Below, in pieces: positions 38,509 to 39,894 of a DNA stretch of 39,894 nt (positions are counted from its first letter, which is position 1; each line of letters opens with the position of its first letter). The translations under genes were made by a program, and so were the position numbers. The notes under the pieces were generated by a model. That model was not told the origin of the DNA and did not search any database. It was given only the letters and a program-made list of their open reading frames with translations. Source of the stretch: Chiloscyllium plagiosum (lineage: Eukaryota); NCBI RefSeq assembly GCF_004010195.1, contig NC_057718.1:46559236-46599129 (forward strand), written 5' to 3'.

Positions 38509-39362
38509 CCACAACAATCACCAGACAGGGATGTTCCCTCCCATTTGGGGAACACTTCAGTGGTCAGGCACATTCAACTTCGGATCTTCGGGTGACCATC
38601 CTCCAAGGCGGACTTCGGGACAGACAACAAGGTAGAGTGGCCGAGCAGAGGCTAATAGCCAAGTTCGGCATCCATGAGGATGGCCTCAACCTGGACCTTG
38701 GGTTCATGTCACACTACAGGTGACCCCAATACACTATACACACACACACCACTTTCTCACACTCTCTCCCTCCCTCACATGCACACACACACACCTAGAA
38801 GTCTATGGGGTGAATCTGCATTTGCAGAATTCTATTTGCAGATACATTCTATTTTGTTCAAAAAGCACACAATCTGCAGGCAGTCAATACGTGTGACATT
38901 TTATAAATTCCTACTTTGGAAATAGAACCAGCCTGACTTAAAATTGGAAACATACAGACTCACACCTTTAATGCATTGTCTGAGCTGAGATGTCTCTTTT
39001 TTTTATAAAACCTTAAGTTACCTCAGGAATGTGAGTTGAAAGACTTTCTGGGGTTTATATATTAATGAAGCGAAATCTACAACCCATTCTAAAAGATGAA
39101 CGACTTAACCCCAATCTAGGTTTGTTTTATATACTGCATCAGTGTATGACACTATGATCTTTTACTATAAATTCTGTCTTGTGATCCTGCTCCACTAGCT
39201 ACCTGGTAAAGGAGCAGTGCTCCGAAAGCTTGTACTTCTAAATAGATCTGTTGGACTAAAACCTGGTGTTGTGTGATGTTTAACTTTGCCCAAACTGGCC
39301 AATGGGGCATCATCATTACAGCATGTGATCAGACTCTTAAAATGACAGTCAACCATACTTAC

Positions 39363-39572
39363 ACAAATACACAACTTCCTTCTTCCATCAGTGGTTCTTC
39401 AATGAAAACATTCACAATATTCACAATTATAAGTATAACAATCAGTCGGTAAGATGTTCCAGAGGACGTTGTTTCCTGTGTGGCTGTCAGCACACCTCAG
39501 GCATCTGTTTATTTTTTTCTCATTGGTTTTAACTTCTGGTGTTTTAGCTGTACCAGGAACATCATCTGTCAT
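39363..39572 (-). pseudogene. MGAT4 (GT54)-like pseudogene, exon A: cytoplasmic tail and type II transmembrane anchor
   Basis: Reads MTDDVPGTAKTPEVKTNEKKINRCLR... then, after a 1-nt frameshift, RLIVILIIVNIVNVFIEEPLMEEG (MGAT4C: RCLR...[21 protein letters not shown]). A pyrimidine-rich acceptor lies upstream (AG at 39590-39589) and a perfect GTAAGT donor at 39362-39357, phase 2. Confidence 0.55.
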
Positions 39573-39749
39573 TGTCTTTTCGAGATGACTGAAGGCAAAT
39601 AGGCAAACTGATGTCGAAAAAGTCTCCAGGGCTTGTTTTAGGACGGCAGAAGGTAAAAAAAAAATAGTTTGTGGCTTTAGAGTGCATTATAATATCAACA
39701 AGAAAAGTGGGTACATGTTGCTGAAGGTTACAAAACTGTGTCAACAATC

Positions 39750-39894
39750 AGAGGTGAGCTGGAAAAGCACAGCATGTCAGGCAGCATCCGAGGAGCAGGA
39801 AAATTGATGTTTCAGGCAAAAGCCCTTCATCAGGAAGAGAGGCAGGAAGCCTCCAGAGTGCAGAGATATTTGGTGGCGAGGGGTGGGGGGGGGA
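39750..39894 (-). mobile_element. Family A arm continuing into probable Penelope 3' UTR, cut by the window edge
   Basis: GCTGGAAAAGCACAGC...AAAAGCCCTTCATCAGGAA followed by purine-rich sequence. Confidence 0.8.

Larger units (their letters stand above)
37189..39290 (+). mobile_element. 5'-truncated Penelope-like element (RT thumb and GIY-YIG) with an inverted copy of its 3' repeat at the 5' end
   Basis: FHPKHIKTAIPYG..RICSDEEERD, NIVYLMRC..WYIGETKQTLR, EHFS..GLNLDLGFMSHY*. About 37210-37465 is an inverted copy of about 39035-39290. Degenerate flanking repeat TTTGTCCAAATTG / TTTGCCCAAACTG. Confidence 0.9.

Noticed and set aside
4681..39894. CRISPR array or prokaryotic system suggested by recurring palindromes
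   Set aside because: The repeats are dispersed, TSD-flanked retroelement derivatives in a spliced vertebrate locus, with no regular spacing or cas genes.

Overview
This is vertebrate genomic DNA, AT-rich and repeat-dense. The repeat content (CR1, L1, Penelope and a tRNA SINE) suggests a cartilaginous fish such as a shark; that is an inference. The left half holds the first three coding exons of RPS6KC1 (PX domain) on the minus strand, with a CpG-rich promoter near 17.4-17.8 kb. Upstream are two near-full-length decayed L1 elements, many CR1 fragments (one near-full-length, with two assembly gaps), a tRNA SINE and a Penelope-like element with a GIY-YIG endonuclease. Four things are missed by the ORF track. 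(1) A three-exon, TE-interrupted MGAT4/GT54-like glycosyltransferase pseudogene lies on the minus strand at about 26.2-39.6 kb. (2) Three families of short, TSD-flanked, mostly fold-back (palindromic) Penelope-derived insertions carry minimal hammerhead ribozyme cores. (3) A perfect 99-bp inverted local copy of a SINE tail plus unique flank is bounded by an 11-bp direct repeat. (4) A Penelope-in-Penelope insert is flanked by a 132-bp direct duplication. All family assignments come from hand translation and remembered motifs; no database search was run.
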